Shown piece by piece: positions 49,414 to 59,602 of a stretch of DNA of 64,000 bases. Under the pieces are notes generated by a model, which saw nothing but the letters and a program-made list of their open reading frames with translations, was not told the origin of the DNA and searched no databases. A program made the position numbers and the translations under genes. How positions within the stretch are numbered: position 1 is the stretch's first letter; each line of letters starts with the position of its first letter. The DNA is from Cyanobacteria bacterium P01_A01_bin.123 (GTDB lineage Bacteria; Cyanobacteriota; Cyanobacteriia; Phormidesmidales; Phormidesmidaceae), in assembly GCA_039815185.1 (NCBI GenBank), contig JBCBZT010000012.1, positions 121,313 to 185,312 of the forward strand. The letters are read 5' to 3'.

Positions 49414-52227
49414 TTAGCTAAAAATGTCAAGTTGCCCGTGGGATTCTTTGGCTTTGGGCGATCGCTTGCCATGCCCATTTCGACTGCGATGCGCTTTCCC
49501 AGAAGCGTCGTGGCCATTGCCCCCTTTCCGTAACCCCACGGCAATCTTGCTGTGCAGTTCGATTTGGCCCATCACCTGCTTGGCCCGCGTAATCACACTG
49601 GGGGGTAACCCGGCTAGCCGCCCTGCTTCAATACCGTAGGAGCGATCGGCTCCCCCCGGACGCACCTGGTGTAAAAAGATGATTTGATCGGGCATTTCTT
49701 TGACCGTTACCTGATAGTTAGCCACGTTGGTCAAAATAGACGCCAACTCATTGAGTTCGTGGTAATGGGTGGCAAAAATCGTGCGCGCCTGAATCACCGA
49801 GGCCAAATGCTCTGCCACGGCCCAAGCGATCGAAAGCCCATCAAAGGTGGCCGTGCCCCGACCAATTTCATCCAGCAATACTAAAGATTGAGGCGTCGCG
49901 TGGTTGAGGATATTAGCCGTCTCGTTCATCTCCACCATGAACGTGGATTGCCCCGTGGCCAGGTCATCCACTGCGCCAACGCGGGTAAAAATGCGATCGC
50001 AAATACCTAGCATTGCTGAACTGGCCGGGACGAAGCTGCCGACTTGGGCCATCAGTTGAATCAGCCCAACCTGGCGGAGGTAGCAGCTTTTGCCGCTGGC
50101 GTTGGGGCCGGTGAGGATGATCAGATCGGGGTTGGGAGGATGGGGAGACGGGGGGATGGGGGGATGGGGGGATGAATCTATTGCACTGGGCGCACGCCGT
50201 GACGCCCCTACAGCATTCTCCTCCCCCACTCCCCCACTCCCCAACCCTGTCGAATTTGGCACAAAGAACCCCGCAGGCAGCGTCTGCTCAACCACGGGAT
50301 GGCGACCGTCTGCAATCACAATGGGGCGACCTTCGACCATTTCTGGACAGCAATAACCTTTGTAGATGGCGACTTCGGCCAATCCGCAGAGGACATCGGC
50401 GGCGGCGACGGCGGCGGCGACTTTGCGGATCAGTTCGGCTTGTTCGCCGACTTCGGTGCGCAACTGGACGAACAGGTCGTATTCCATTTCGTGGATCTGT
50501 TCGCGCAGGTTGAGGATGCGATTTTCTCGATCTTTGAGTTCGGGGGTGATGTAGCGTTCTTCGTTGGTTAGGGTTTGTTTGCGGATGTAGTTGTCCGGGG
50601 CTTGATTGGCCTTGGTGCGGGAAATGCTGATGTAGTAGCCGAAGGCTTTGTTGAAGCCGACTTTCAGGTTAGAAATGCCGGTGCGATCGCGTTCGGTCAC
50701 TTCTAAATTGGCAATCCACTGCTGATCGGCTTCGACTTGCTGGCGCAGATCGTCGAGTTGGAGGTTAACGCCCCGGCGAATCAGGTTACCTTCGGTGAGA
50801 TAGAGGGGGGGATGATCGACCAAATGCGATCGCAACCGTTGGCCCAATTGCTCTAATACGGGCGGTACATGCTGCAAGGCTTTGAGGTAGGCAGACTGGG
50901 TCTTGGCCACAATAAAGGCTAAGTCCGGCAACTTTTCAAAGGAGTCGGCCAGCGCCACTAAATCCCGACCGTTAGCGGTACCGGAGCCCGCCCGCCCGGC
51001 CAGTCGTTCTAAGTCGTAGATTTGCTTCAGCACGGTTTGTAGGGTTTGGCGCAGGTTACCTTGGTTGATCAGTTCTTGCAGCGTCGCTTGGCGAGCCCGA
51101 ATGGCTTTGAGATTCAGGAGCGGTTGCAACAGCCAGCGGCGCAGGGCGCGGCTGCCCATGGCGGTCACGGTGCGATCGAGGGCCCACAGCAAAGAACCGT
51201 TGAAGGTGCCGTCCCGTGCGGTTTGGGTAATTTCTAAATTGCGCCGACTCTGGTGATCGATGATCAAAAATTCAGTCAGCAAATAGGTAGATAGGGGTTG
51301 CAGGGGGGCCTGGGTTTCCTTTTGGGTGTCTTCCAGATAATCCACCAATCCCCCGGCGGCGCGGGTAGCCAGGGGGAGCTGATTGCAGCCAACGCCCTCC
51401 AGCGATCGCAGCCGGAACCGCTCCATTAATCGCTGTCGGGCTTCGTTCAACTCAAAGGCGCGTTGGGGACGCAGGGTGTAGCAAAACTGTCGGGGCAGAC
51501 AGTCGGGCACCCGGTCAGACTTTTCGCCGGGTCGCAGCAGGCCGACGAGATCGGGGGCGTTGGTGGGCAACAAAATTTCGGAAGGTTGCAACCGCATTAG
51601 CTCTTGGGTGAGCTGGTCGAGGTCGCTGGATTGGGTGGTGAAAAATTCCCCGGTGGAAACGTCGGCGTGGGCTAGGCCCCAGTGATTACCCGCGATCGCG
51701 ATCGCGGCCAAAAAGTTATTTTGCCGCGCACTCAGCATCCCCTCTTCAAGTACGGTGCCGGGGGTGATGATGCGGGTGACTTCCCGACGAACCATGCGCT
51801 TTTGGGCCTTGGCCTCAGCCGGGTCTTCGACCTGATCGCAGATGGCCACGGCAAAGCCTTTTTCGACCAGTTGGGTGCAGTAGCGATCGAGGGCATGGTG
51901 GGGAATGCCCGCCAGGGGTACCCGGCCTATTGCTTCACCCGCATCTTTGCTAGTGAGGACGAGTTCTAGTTCGCGGGCGATCGCGATCGCGTCTTGAAAA
52001 AAGGTTTCAAAAAAGTCCCCCACCCGATACATCAACAGGGCATGGGGATGGACATCTTTCAGGTCGGCATAGTGCCGCATCATCGGGGTCAAATCGTCGC
52101 GGTTGACCTGGCGATGATCGGCATATTTTACGGTGTGTTTGGCCAACCGTTCGGGGAGTCCCGTGTCGGGGAGGTCTGGGTTGGGGGGCACTGAGTTGGG
52201 GGGTGATGCATCGGGGGGAACGGTCAT
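49414..52227 (-). CDS. mutS: DNA mismatch repair protein MutS
   Basis: [51 protein letters not shown]. Confidence 0.96.
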   Translation of the reverse strand: MTVPPDASPPNSVPPNPDLPDTGLPERLAKHTVKYADHRQVNRDDLTPMMRHYADLKDVHPHALLMYRVGDFFETFFQDAIAIARELELVLTSKDAGEAIGRVPLAGIPHHALDRYCTQLVEKGFAVAICDQVEDPAEAKAQKRMVRREVTRIITPGTVLEEGMLSARQNNFLAAIAIAGNHWGLAHADVSTGEFFTTQSSDLDQLTQELMRLQPSEILLPTNAPDLVGLLRPGEKSDRVPDCLPRQFCYTLRPQRAFELNEARQRLMERFRLRSLEGVGCNQLPLATRAAGGLVDYLEDTQKETQAPLQPLSTYLLTEFLIIDHQSRRNLEITQTARDGTFNGSLLWALDRTVTAMGSRALRRWLLQPLLNLKAIRARQATLQELINQGNLRQTLQTVLKQIYDLERLAGRAGSGTANGRDLVALADSFEKLPDLAFIVAKTQSAYLKALQHVPPVLEQLGQRLRSHLVDHPPLYLTEGNLIRRGVNLQLDDLRQQVEADQQWIANLEVTERDRTGISNLKVGFNKAFGYYISISRTKANQAPDNYIRKQTLTNEERYITPELKDRENRILNLREQIHEMEYDLFVQLRTEVGEQAELIRKVAAAVAAADVLCGLAEVAIYKGYCCPEMVEGRPIVIADGRHPVVEQTLPAGFFVPNSTGLGSGGVGEENAVGASRRAPSAIDSSPHPPIPPSPHPPNPDLIILTGPNASGKSCYLRQVGLIQLMAQVGSFVPASSAMLGICDRIFTRVGAVDDLATGQSTFMVEMNETANILNHATPQSLVLLDEIGRGTATFDGLSIAWAVAEHLASVIQARTIFATHYHELNELASILTNVANYQVTVKEMPDQIIFLHQVRPGGADRSYGIEAGRLAGLPPSVITRAKQVMGQIELHSKIAVGLRKGGNGHDASGKAHRSRNGHGKRSPKAKESHGQLDIFS

Positions 52228-52466
52228 GGGTGATGACGGAGCACAAATGGTGTTCCTTATTCTAAAGGGGCAGTTTTATTTCAACGACCTAGACTTGGAT
52301 TTTCTTTCTGCTTTAAGCTACCCAATGGGGCAGATCGTTCTCCTGATGTGGCTTGGGTACGCAGAGATCGCTAGCAGGCTTTACCGGAAGCGGCCCGCGA
52401 AAAGTTTCCGCATTGAGTGATTGAAGATATTCGGGCGTGTTTACGCTACGCGATCGCGCTTCAAGA

Positions 52467-52733
52467 TTAAGGAAAAAAGCGATAAATCTTTTTACGGTGG
52501 AGAAACCGTACAAGTATGATTTCGTCACCCATCATTTTAATACCAACTCTAAAGTTGCCGATTCGGATTCGATAGAAGTCATCGTATCCCTTCAACTTTG
52601 AAACATTAGAAACTTGAGGCAAAGATTCAGATGCTTTACGCTGCTCAATCACAGTACTGATCTGAAACAGAAGGTTTGGATCTTTCAGGCGTTTCAAGTC
52701 TTTCTTAAAGCTGCTTCTGAATCGAACTTTCAC
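52467..52733 (-). CDS. RelE/ParE family toxin
   Basis: SFKKDLKRL, KLKGYDDFYRIRIGNFRVG, LHRKKIYRFFP. Confidence 0.85.
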   Translation of the reverse strand: MKVRFRSSFKKDLKRLKDPNLLFQISTVIEQRKASESLPQVSNVSKLKGYDDFYRIRIGNFRVGIKMMGDEIILVRFLHRKKIYRFFP

Positions 52734-52936
52734 GCTTTACCTTGCAGGATAGCTTGGATATCTGCTTCATCCACAAATTCGGTTGCTTCGCCTTCAAGGA
52801 TGGCGTTGGCTAATCCAACTTCTTCTAAGGCATCAAGGACGATTTCATAGAAGACCTCTCGTTTTTGCTGAAGCATTTCTACGAGAACCTCGGTAAGCAG
52901 TGCTTTCATGGCTTCGTTGTCTGAGGTTAGTTGCAT
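52730..52936 (-). CDS. Putative antitoxin
   Basis: Acidic 68 aa (DALEEVGLANAILEGEATEFVDEADI); GTGA overlap with the toxin. Confidence 0.75.
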   Translation of the reverse strand: MQLTSDNEAMKALLTEVLVEMLQQKREVFYEIVLDALEEVGLANAILEGEATEFVDEADIQAILQGKA

Positions 52937-53095
52937 AGCTTTTTGCAAGGAGAGTATGGTTTTAGGATAGCTGAGATTTTCGGAGCATTTCTGTGGGGCA
53001 GATTTTGAAGTGCAGTTTGTGACGATGTTCAATGATTGCTGGCTAAACCTGTTCGTATGGGGATGGTTTCATAGTACTGATTGATAGTCTGCGAT

Positions 53096-53184
53096 CGCTG
53101 CTTGAGCTAATACTTCTAATTTGCCGCCTGCAATGTCACGTGTGAGCTGCTCGTCCCAGCGTTTGTAGTCTAAGTCGAAAAACC
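53096..53184 (-). repeat. 89-bp diverged direct repeat (3' part of a small antitoxin-like gene)
   Basis: Colinear with 55331-55419; encodes FFDLDYKRWDEQLTRDIAGGKLEVLAQA; abuts perfect palindrome 53183-53212. Confidence 0.8.
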
Positions 53185-53247
53185 GCAGCGCACAAAACTT
53201 TGTGCGCTGCGGCTATAGTCTGCAAGCAGTCTATTTTGACAGCTCTC

Positions 53248-55134
53248 TTAGCGTTGACGCTTTAACCCCAACACCGATGCCCCAGCCACAACCAAAGCGG
53301 CTACCGCGCCAGGTTCAGGCACAGATGCAGGCGCTGCCGAACCATCGGCATTGGTGATTAACCTGAGCTGATCGCCATAGACGCGACGCTCAGTACCAAG
53401 CACGTTGTAGTTGCTGTCGAGCAGCGGAAAGCTATAAACCGGCGTGAAGATCACCTCAGCAGAACCGTCGTTTCTGCGTTCCAGATTGACCTCCAAGTGG
53501 CCGTAGTGCTTGCCCCCCTCAACCAACTGCAAGACGCCATCCACTTCTTGCCACAGTTCGGGTTCATCTTGGTCGGCAGTCCACTGGCTAAAAGCGTTGT
53601 ACCCCAGTGGCTGATCATTGTCATCGCGGATTTCACCCCGGAGCCCGTCACCGGCAACGCCGACGTCGTAATACTGGACGCCCATACCGTCGCCGTCTAG
53701 ATCGACAAAGCTGCGTTCAAACATTTCACTATGGCCCGACAAAACCGCCAGCACACCATACGCTTCAAACAAGGGCTGATACTGACGTAAGGGCGTACCC
53801 CCCTGACCGCTAGAAAGCTCATGGTTCATGGGGAAACCATGGGTGCCGCTAGAGTAGGGAGCATGGTGGAATTGCACAAAGATGATTTGCCCTTGGGTGC
53901 GGGCATCGTCTAACTGATCGATCACCCAATTCCATTGGGGGCTACCGGGGTTGAAGTCGGCTAAGTCAGTACCGCCAGCAGCTTCGTATTGCTCACGGGT
54001 GTAGTTTTGCTGGGTGTCAGTCCCTGGCCCGGTAAAGTCCAACCCGCTGATTTTTGGGGGTTGACCTTCCTCGCCATAGTTATCGCGGCTGTCGTCGGGT
54101 TCGCCATTGGAGCTGTCTAGGGTTAAGACGGTGATCGGCCCGTAGTCGATGCGGTAGTAGTTGTCTTGGTGTTCGGGGGTGCCGTTTTCGGGCGCATCGA
54201 AATACGTGTGGAACTTATCGCGACCAAACTTAGGCCCAAAACGACCGTCGGCGTCGATGCCGTACCCGCCGTTGAGGGCGCCAAAGTTTTCCCAGTTGCC
54301 CAGGGCTGGCAGCAGCGGATACTCAGACAAACCACTGTCAAATTCCCCCGCATTGTGACGGAAGAACTCATCCCAACCGGGTTGATAACCGCCGCCCTGC
54401 ATTAGATCACCCGGCATCATCAGGAAGTCTGGATTGCGGCTATTGATGATGGCCAGGTTGTTGGCATAGCCTTCGGTTTCGGTTAGGGCATATTGCAGGC
54501 GAGTCCCCGTAGTGCCAAAGGTCTCAGCCCATTGACTATTGACGGGGTCGGGTCGGGCTTCGGAGCCACTAGCCAGTGCGCCTTGCTGCCAATCACGACG
54601 AGTGACACGACCCGAGGGTTGAGTTTCACTATCAGAGAGGGCAATGAAGCGAATGTTGTCCCAGTCATCTGCGGTGGGTGCCGTCTTAAAGGTGGAATTA
54701 AAAACGCTGCCGCCGACGCTAACGGAATAGTCATAGGTCGTATTGGGCAGCAGTCCCCGCACGTCAACGGTGTATTTGTAGTTCTCGTTATTCAACAGCC
54801 AAGAACCGGGGTCAAGCCCTTCAATTTCTTGGGTTTGCTCGGCAGTGGTGTAAGCCAAGAGCGGTTCTAAAGACGGCGTGCTGTTGAATACCAGCGGGTC
54901 ACTCAACGTTGACCCGGTAAGGGTGAGGGTGGCGGGCTGGTTGGTTTCGGCGAACCAGGTAAAGGCCATACCATCGGCAGAGGGTTGTTGTAGATAGGGG
55001 TTAACCCGGAAGCTGGCTGCTTGGGTAGGGGCGGCAAACAGGTTAATGACGATTGGCAGGAGGATAGCGCTGCCGAGGGTTGCTTTGGAGTTGAGCATCA
55101 TGACTACGGGGGTGGAACCTTTAGATCGGTACAT
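53248..55134 (-). CDS. PEP-CTERM purple acid phosphatase-like metallophosphoesterase
   Basis: FN3-like N domain; LSDSE, PGDL, LGNWE, FHHAPY, SGHSE; C-terminal VPEPGAVAALVVAGASVLGLKRQR. Confidence 0.85.
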   Translation of the reverse strand: MYRSKGSTPVVMMLNSKATLGSAILLPIVINLFAAPTQAASFRVNPYLQQPSADGMAFTWFAETNQPATLTLTGSTLSDPLVFNSTPSLEPLLAYTTAEQTQEIEGLDPGSWLLNNENYKYTVDVRGLLPNTTYDYSVSVGGSVFNSTFKTAPTADDWDNIRFIALSDSETQPSGRVTRRDWQQGALASGSEARPDPVNSQWAETFGTTGTRLQYALTETEGYANNLAIINSRNPDFLMMPGDLMQGGGYQPGWDEFFRHNAGEFDSGLSEYPLLPALGNWENFGALNGGYGIDADGRFGPKFGRDKFHTYFDAPENGTPEHQDNYYRIDYGPITVLTLDSSNGEPDDSRDNYGEEGQPPKISGLDFTGPGTDTQQNYTREQYEAAGGTDLADFNPGSPQWNWVIDQLDDARTQGQIIFVQFHHAPYSSGTHGFPMNHELSSGQGGTPLRQYQPLFEAYGVLAVLSGHSEMFERSFVDLDGDGMGVQYYDVGVAGDGLRGEIRDDNDQPLGYNAFSQWTADQDEPELWQEVDGVLQLVEGGKHYGHLEVNLERRNDGSAEVIFTPVYSFPLLDSNYNVLGTERRVYGDQLRLITNADGSAAPASVPEPGAVAALVVAGASVLGLKRQR

Positions 55135-55318
55135 ACACGGACATATGGTTTGCAGAATACGATCTGCAAATTAAGCGGTGTACAACCTAGCGTTAAACTC
55201 CCTTAAGCTAGGGGTGGCTTCCTATGTTGTTAGCTGTTGTCATGTTTTGGCGCAGACCCCAGGGGTCTTGCCCGCCATAGTCTTAAATATCAGGGCTTAA
55301 AGCAGAACCCTGGGATCT

Positions 55319-55492
55319 TTAACCCTGTAGCGCTGCTTGAGCTAATGCTTCTAACTTGCGGTCTGTAATGTCACGGGCGAGCTGTTCGTTCCAACGTTCG
55401 TAGTCTAAGTCGAAAAACCACTGTCTGAGCTTTTCAAAGTCGTGGGATGAGAGTGAGCGGATGGCGGCTTCGATTTGCTCGATGGTTGACAT
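55319..55492 (-). CDS. Small putative antitoxin-like protein (57 aa, possibly 3'-truncated)
   Basis: MSTIEQIEAAIRSLSSHDFEKLRQWFFDLDYERWNEQLARDITDRKLEALAQAALQG; starts 6 bp after the caspase gene stop. Confidence 0.6.
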   Translation of the reverse strand: MSTIEQIEAAIRSLSSHDFEKLRQWFFDLDYERWNEQLARDITDRKLEALAQAALQG

Positions 55493-55498
55493 GAATAT

Positions 55499-58400
55499 CT
55501 ATTCTTCAATGTTTGGTACTGTGCCGAGAAATGTTATTAGGAAACTAATAATTATTATCGAGGATAAAGGAACAGTAACTGGAAGGAGCAGGCCATACCA
55601 AGCAAACAGTAGAAATGAGAACCCAACAAACAATAGAGACGAAGAAACGCCAATGATTACACCTTTAAGTCTACTTTTTCGAGCGATTACATATTCTACG
55701 TATCCAAAGCTAAATACTATAATTATAATAAAAGCCCCTTCGAGATAAGAATTTTGGAATACAGGATTCAGACTTGTTCCGTATAGGATAGAGCTTATAT
55801 CGTTGGCAAGGACTTCAACTCCATGCATTCCTGAGAATGGGGTTGGATGAAAATCTCCGTGCAAGTCCGCTGTACTTCCTATCAGCACTATCTTATCCCT
55901 AAAATAATCGCCTGATTGCAGTTCGTTTTCCCAAGAATATGAATCAAAAATTTTCCAAAAGGGAACATGCTCAAATGTCTCGCCTGGACCGTAAAAAAAT
56001 ATATTTCTTTGGTACTCTTCGTAGTCACTTATTTGTGCGGCTTTGAGGGTTGCCAAAGAAAAACTGTTTATTTCCGATATTGTTTTTGATTGGCCCTCTT
56101 CATTGAAATTTGCTAAATTTTGAATGCTTAGTATAAAGGTAGAGCCGTTTCTATGTATTCTTCCATCTTCCTCAACATCAAAACCTATAGAACCTAGTTG
56201 AATAGGAGTTTCAAGAAAAGAAGAAATTGGTAGAACAGCACGATAACTGTTTTCCTTTCGCGATATAGAGGTAGCCAATACAACTTGATCCCCCATGCGA
56301 TTCAATACTTCTACCAAAGTTTTGTCATCTTCAGGGCCATAGGTACTAGGGGAACGAAGAACTATATCCAAAGCTACTGATTTTGCTCCAGAGTGTATTA
56401 GTCTTTCAATAGCTATTGCATATGCCTCGCGACGGTAAGGCCACTGATTTATGACATTAAAATCTGGATTTTCCGACTCTTGAAAAAGATTCTGGTAATT
56501 TAATGAATTGTCAATTGCAAGGATGACAATATCTTCTGGGGGAGCTACAGGGCCTCTGAGTTCAAAGAATAAGGTTCGGAGGCTCAAATCGGATAAGCTT
56601 AAAAATGATGGATTTAATAACGAAATAAAACCTCCTATAAGTGAGGTTATAAATATTCCTAGCTTTAGATACCTATCTTTTCTATGATTCTTAAAGATTG
56701 CCTCTATGCTTTCCTTTAAAAAAAGTTCTGTGGTATGATTTATAGAGAACCATTCATAATATGTTTTGTATATTTTTTCTAAGAGTAGAACTTCTTTTTC
56801 CTCTAGTAAAAGTTGCTTGAGCTTGCCTCTTCTTAACCATATGTTAGCTGTCACCTCAAGATGGCGCTTGTAAATCAGTATTCTTCTAGCTTCATCTATC
56901 CATTTACGTAGCAAAGACCAATGATGTATGAGAGCTTCATGCGTTAAATCTATTACAGCAATATGACCGTTGCTGTCGCTACCTATGTCATGAACTAGCG
57001 AATTGGTAATGATTAAGTTGGCATCGGCAAGGTGTTTGACAACATCATTAACGAGCGCTTCTGAATGTTGAGTTGTAATCAAACTTCGTTTTTTGATACG
57101 GCGTCGTGTATCCTCTGCTCCTTCCCCCAAATGGGTCAGACTCAGAAAAATGTGTTTCGCCGTGCGTTGCTGGGCCGGGGTGAGCTGCTGATAGACTTTG
57201 TCGGCCCGCTGCTTCAACGTTCCAGTGACGCCGCCCAACTGGGCATAAGGGGTAAGGCGTAGGGTGTCATCCTGGCGTTGCTGCCACAGTTCAGTCAGCG
57301 TGTATTGCAATAGCGGTAAGCTGCCGGGGGCTTTTTCCACATCGTTCAGCAGCGTCGTCACCAGTTCGGGTTCCAGCGTCAGCCCCACTTGCTCAGCCGG
57401 TTTGACGATCGCATCCCGCAGCTCCTCCCGGCCCATCGGCTTCACCGCCACCAGATGGTTTTGCACCTGTTCAGCCAAACCGCTATAAGTTTGCTCAAAA
57501 CACCGCCCCACAAAATCGGCCCGCATGGCCAAAATCACGCCAAGCTGATTTGCCGTAGTGTTTAACGCCCCCAACACCGTCGCCAAAAACCGCTCCCGTT
57601 CCGCCACATCCTGGCACAGGGTAAACACCTCTTCAAACTGGTCAATCACCAGCAATACTCGTGGTGATTCAGCGGTTTGCACCAGTCGTCGCAGCCCTGC
57701 TGCGCCTTCGTTAATCAGCGCTTCGGCTTTGCCCTGCTGCTCTGCCCGCTCCACCCGCGACAGATTCTCGTCAATAAAAGCTGCCGCTAAATTTTGACAG
57801 GGCGTTTCCCCCGGCACCATCAGCCGGACTTCCCACTGATCGCTGCCAAAGATCCGCCGACCCACCCGCAGTTGGTGCAGCAATCCCGCCCGCAACACGG
57901 ACGATTTGCCACTACCCGACGCCCCAGCAATAGCCACAAAATTAGACTGGCGAACAGCGTCGAGTAGTTCATCGGTCAACGACTGGCGACCGTAGAAATA
58001 GCGATAGTCTTCGTTGTTGTTGTCAAAGTAAGACAGTCCCTTGTAGGGGCAAATGGCATTGTCTGTCTTCGCCGTTTCAGGGGCTGCCGCTGCTGCCTGT
58101 TGCCAGGCCCGCGTCAGGTTAATCGGTTCCCCAGCGTTGTTGCACACCGGGGTTTGAATTTCGGTTTTGAGGGTTTCGTTAATAAAATCCGTCAGGGATA
58201 GGTTAGTCACCCAGCGATCGCGCAACCGAGTCGGCTCCAACCCGTCCAATAGCGCCTGGGTTAAAACGCTATGGTTCCCGGTAGTTTCTTCATAGGCGGG
58301 TTCATAGGCTCTAGAAGCGGCGATGAAACTGCGATCGCGGGCCAAAGCGCGATCGCCCGGATCGGCCTCCCCAAAGCTCAACAGTTCCCCACTATGACAA

Positions 58401-58825
58401 CAATCCAGCCAAATAATCTGCTGTCGTACCGGGCTTTCTGCCAACAACCGCCGCAGCCAGCGCAACGACAACCCCCAAAAATCCTGCTGCGGGTTGACAT
58501 CGCTAGTTGCCAAGTACCCCTCAGCAATCCCTAGCGTTTCTCGCAACCCATGGCCCGAAAAATATAGCAGCGCGGTATCGGCATATTTGTCGCTGTTCGG
58601 CTTAAACAACTTCACCAGCGCCTGCTTCAACTCGGCAAGCGAAACCGCCGTTCGCTGACCGACCGTAGGCTTGCCATCAATCACTACCTCCGGCAACCGC
58701 CACACCCGAAACTCGCCATCTTTTTCAAGCCGTTGGGCGATCGCTTCGGCATCATTGCCAGGGGTTTTGAGATGGGGGATATGCTGATAAGTATCAACCC
58801 CAACCACCAATGCATCTCGCCCCAT
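55499..58825 (-). CDS. Caspase-family peptidase + nSTAND1 NTPase + TM + CHASE2 + three TM
   Basis: YFSGHG and WLDCCHSG dyad; CPYKGL..FYGR, GASGSGKSS, IDQFEE, MRADF, LPLLQ; IVILAID, WP..R, DKIVLIG, GVEVLA. Confidence 0.88.
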   Translation of the reverse strand: MGRDALVVGVDTYQHIPHLKTPGNDAEAIAQRLEKDGEFRVWRLPEVVIDGKPTVGQRTAVSLAELKQALVKLFKPNSDKYADTALLYFSGHGLRETLGIAEGYLATSDVNPQQDFWGLSLRWLRRLLAESPVRQQIIWLDCCHSGELLSFGEADPGDRALARDRSFIAASRAYEPAYEETTGNHSVLTQALLDGLEPTRLRDRWVTNLSLTDFINETLKTEIQTPVCNNAGEPINLTRAWQQAAAAAPETAKTDNAICPYKGLSYFDNNNEDYRYFYGRQSLTDELLDAVRQSNFVAIAGASGSGKSSVLRAGLLHQLRVGRRIFGSDQWEVRLMVPGETPCQNLAAAFIDENLSRVERAEQQGKAEALINEGAAGLRRLVQTAESPRVLLVIDQFEEVFTLCQDVAERERFLATVLGALNTTANQLGVILAMRADFVGRCFEQTYSGLAEQVQNHLVAVKPMGREELRDAIVKPAEQVGLTLEPELVTTLLNDVEKAPGSLPLLQYTLTELWQQRQDDTLRLTPYAQLGGVTGTLKQRADKVYQQLTPAQQRTAKHIFLSLTHLGEGAEDTRRRIKKRSLITTQHSEALVNDVVKHLADANLIITNSLVHDIGSDSNGHIAVIDLTHEALIHHWSLLRKWIDEARRILIYKRHLEVTANIWLRRGKLKQLLLEEKEVLLLEKIYKTYYEWFSINHTTELFLKESIEAIFKNHRKDRYLKLGIFITSLIGGFISLLNPSFLSLSDLSLRTLFFELRGPVAPPEDIVILAIDNSLNYQNLFQESENPDFNVINQWPYRREAYAIAIERLIHSGAKSVALDIVLRSPSTYGPEDDKTLVEVLNRMGDQVVLATSISRKENSYRAVLPISSFLETPIQLGSIGFDVEEDGRIHRNGSTFILSIQNLANFNEEGQSKTISEINSFSLATLKAAQISDYEEYQRNIFFYGPGETFEHVPFWKIFDSYSWENELQSGDYFRDKIVLIGSTADLHGDFHPTPFSGMHGVEVLANDISSILYGTSLNPVFQNSYLEGAFIIIIVFSFGYVEYVIARKSRLKGVIIGVSSSLLFVGFSFLLFAWYGLLLPVTVPLSSIIIISFLITFLGTVPNIEE

Positions 58826-58951
58826 GGCCTCGCCCCCTCAATTTGCCATTGCTGGATAGTGACAGCTTACAGGGTAGCCAATCAGCTCTCGTCACGCATC
58901 GATACAATCAAAGCAACCCGCCCGAGACACAGCCTAATACTGAATCAACCC

Positions 58952-59602
58952 ATGCTCCCCACCATTACCCCCACCCAAATCGACATCCCCCCCGGCGGAG
59001 AAGTCATCCTGCGCCACCAAACCTGGGATGACTACGAAGCGCTACTCCACACTCGCGCCGACAAAGCCGCCATCAAAATCACATTCAACGCCGCCACCCA
59101 AGAGATTCGGTTAATGTCTCCCCTCCCCAGACACGGCAAAGTATCTGCAACCCTAACCGATTTGGTCAAGAGCTTACTCCGATTTCAAGCCTACGACTGG
59201 GAAAGCTTTGACCCAATCACACTCAAGCGCTTTCAACAAAAAGGACTCGAACCCGATCACTGCTTCTATATTCAAAACCGAGCCGCAATTTTGGGTAAAG
59301 AACGGATTGACCTGGATAGTGATCCACCCCCTGACCTGGTGCTTGAAGTTGATTTGACATCTTTGACCGATATTCAAGACTACGAAGATATTGGGGTCCC
59401 TGAAGTTTGGATTTACCGGGCGCGATCGCTCCAGATTTATCAATTCGACGGCCAACACTATCAAGAACAAGAGAATAGCCCCCACTTTCCCCAAATTGAC
59501 CTCAAGCAAATCATCCCAACCTACGTAGAGCAAGCTTGGCTAGAAGGGTCAAGTGTGACCTGGCGGGCCTTTGAACAATATCTAAACGAGATCAAAAACT
59601 AA
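58952..59602 (+). CDS. Uma2 family endonuclease
   Basis: TWDDYEALL, MSPLPRH, GLEPDHCFYIQN, PPPDLVLEVD, GVPEVW. Confidence 0.88.
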   Translation: MLPTITPTQIDIPPGGEVILRHQTWDDYEALLHTRADKAAIKITFNAATQEIRLMSPLPRHGKVSATLTDLVKSLLRFQAYDWESFDPITLKRFQQKGLEPDHCFYIQNRAAILGKERIDLDSDPPPDLVLEVDLTSLTDIQDYEDIGVPEVWIYRARSLQIYQFDGQHYQEQENSPHFPQIDLKQIIPTYVEQAWLEGSSVTWRAFEQYLNEIKN

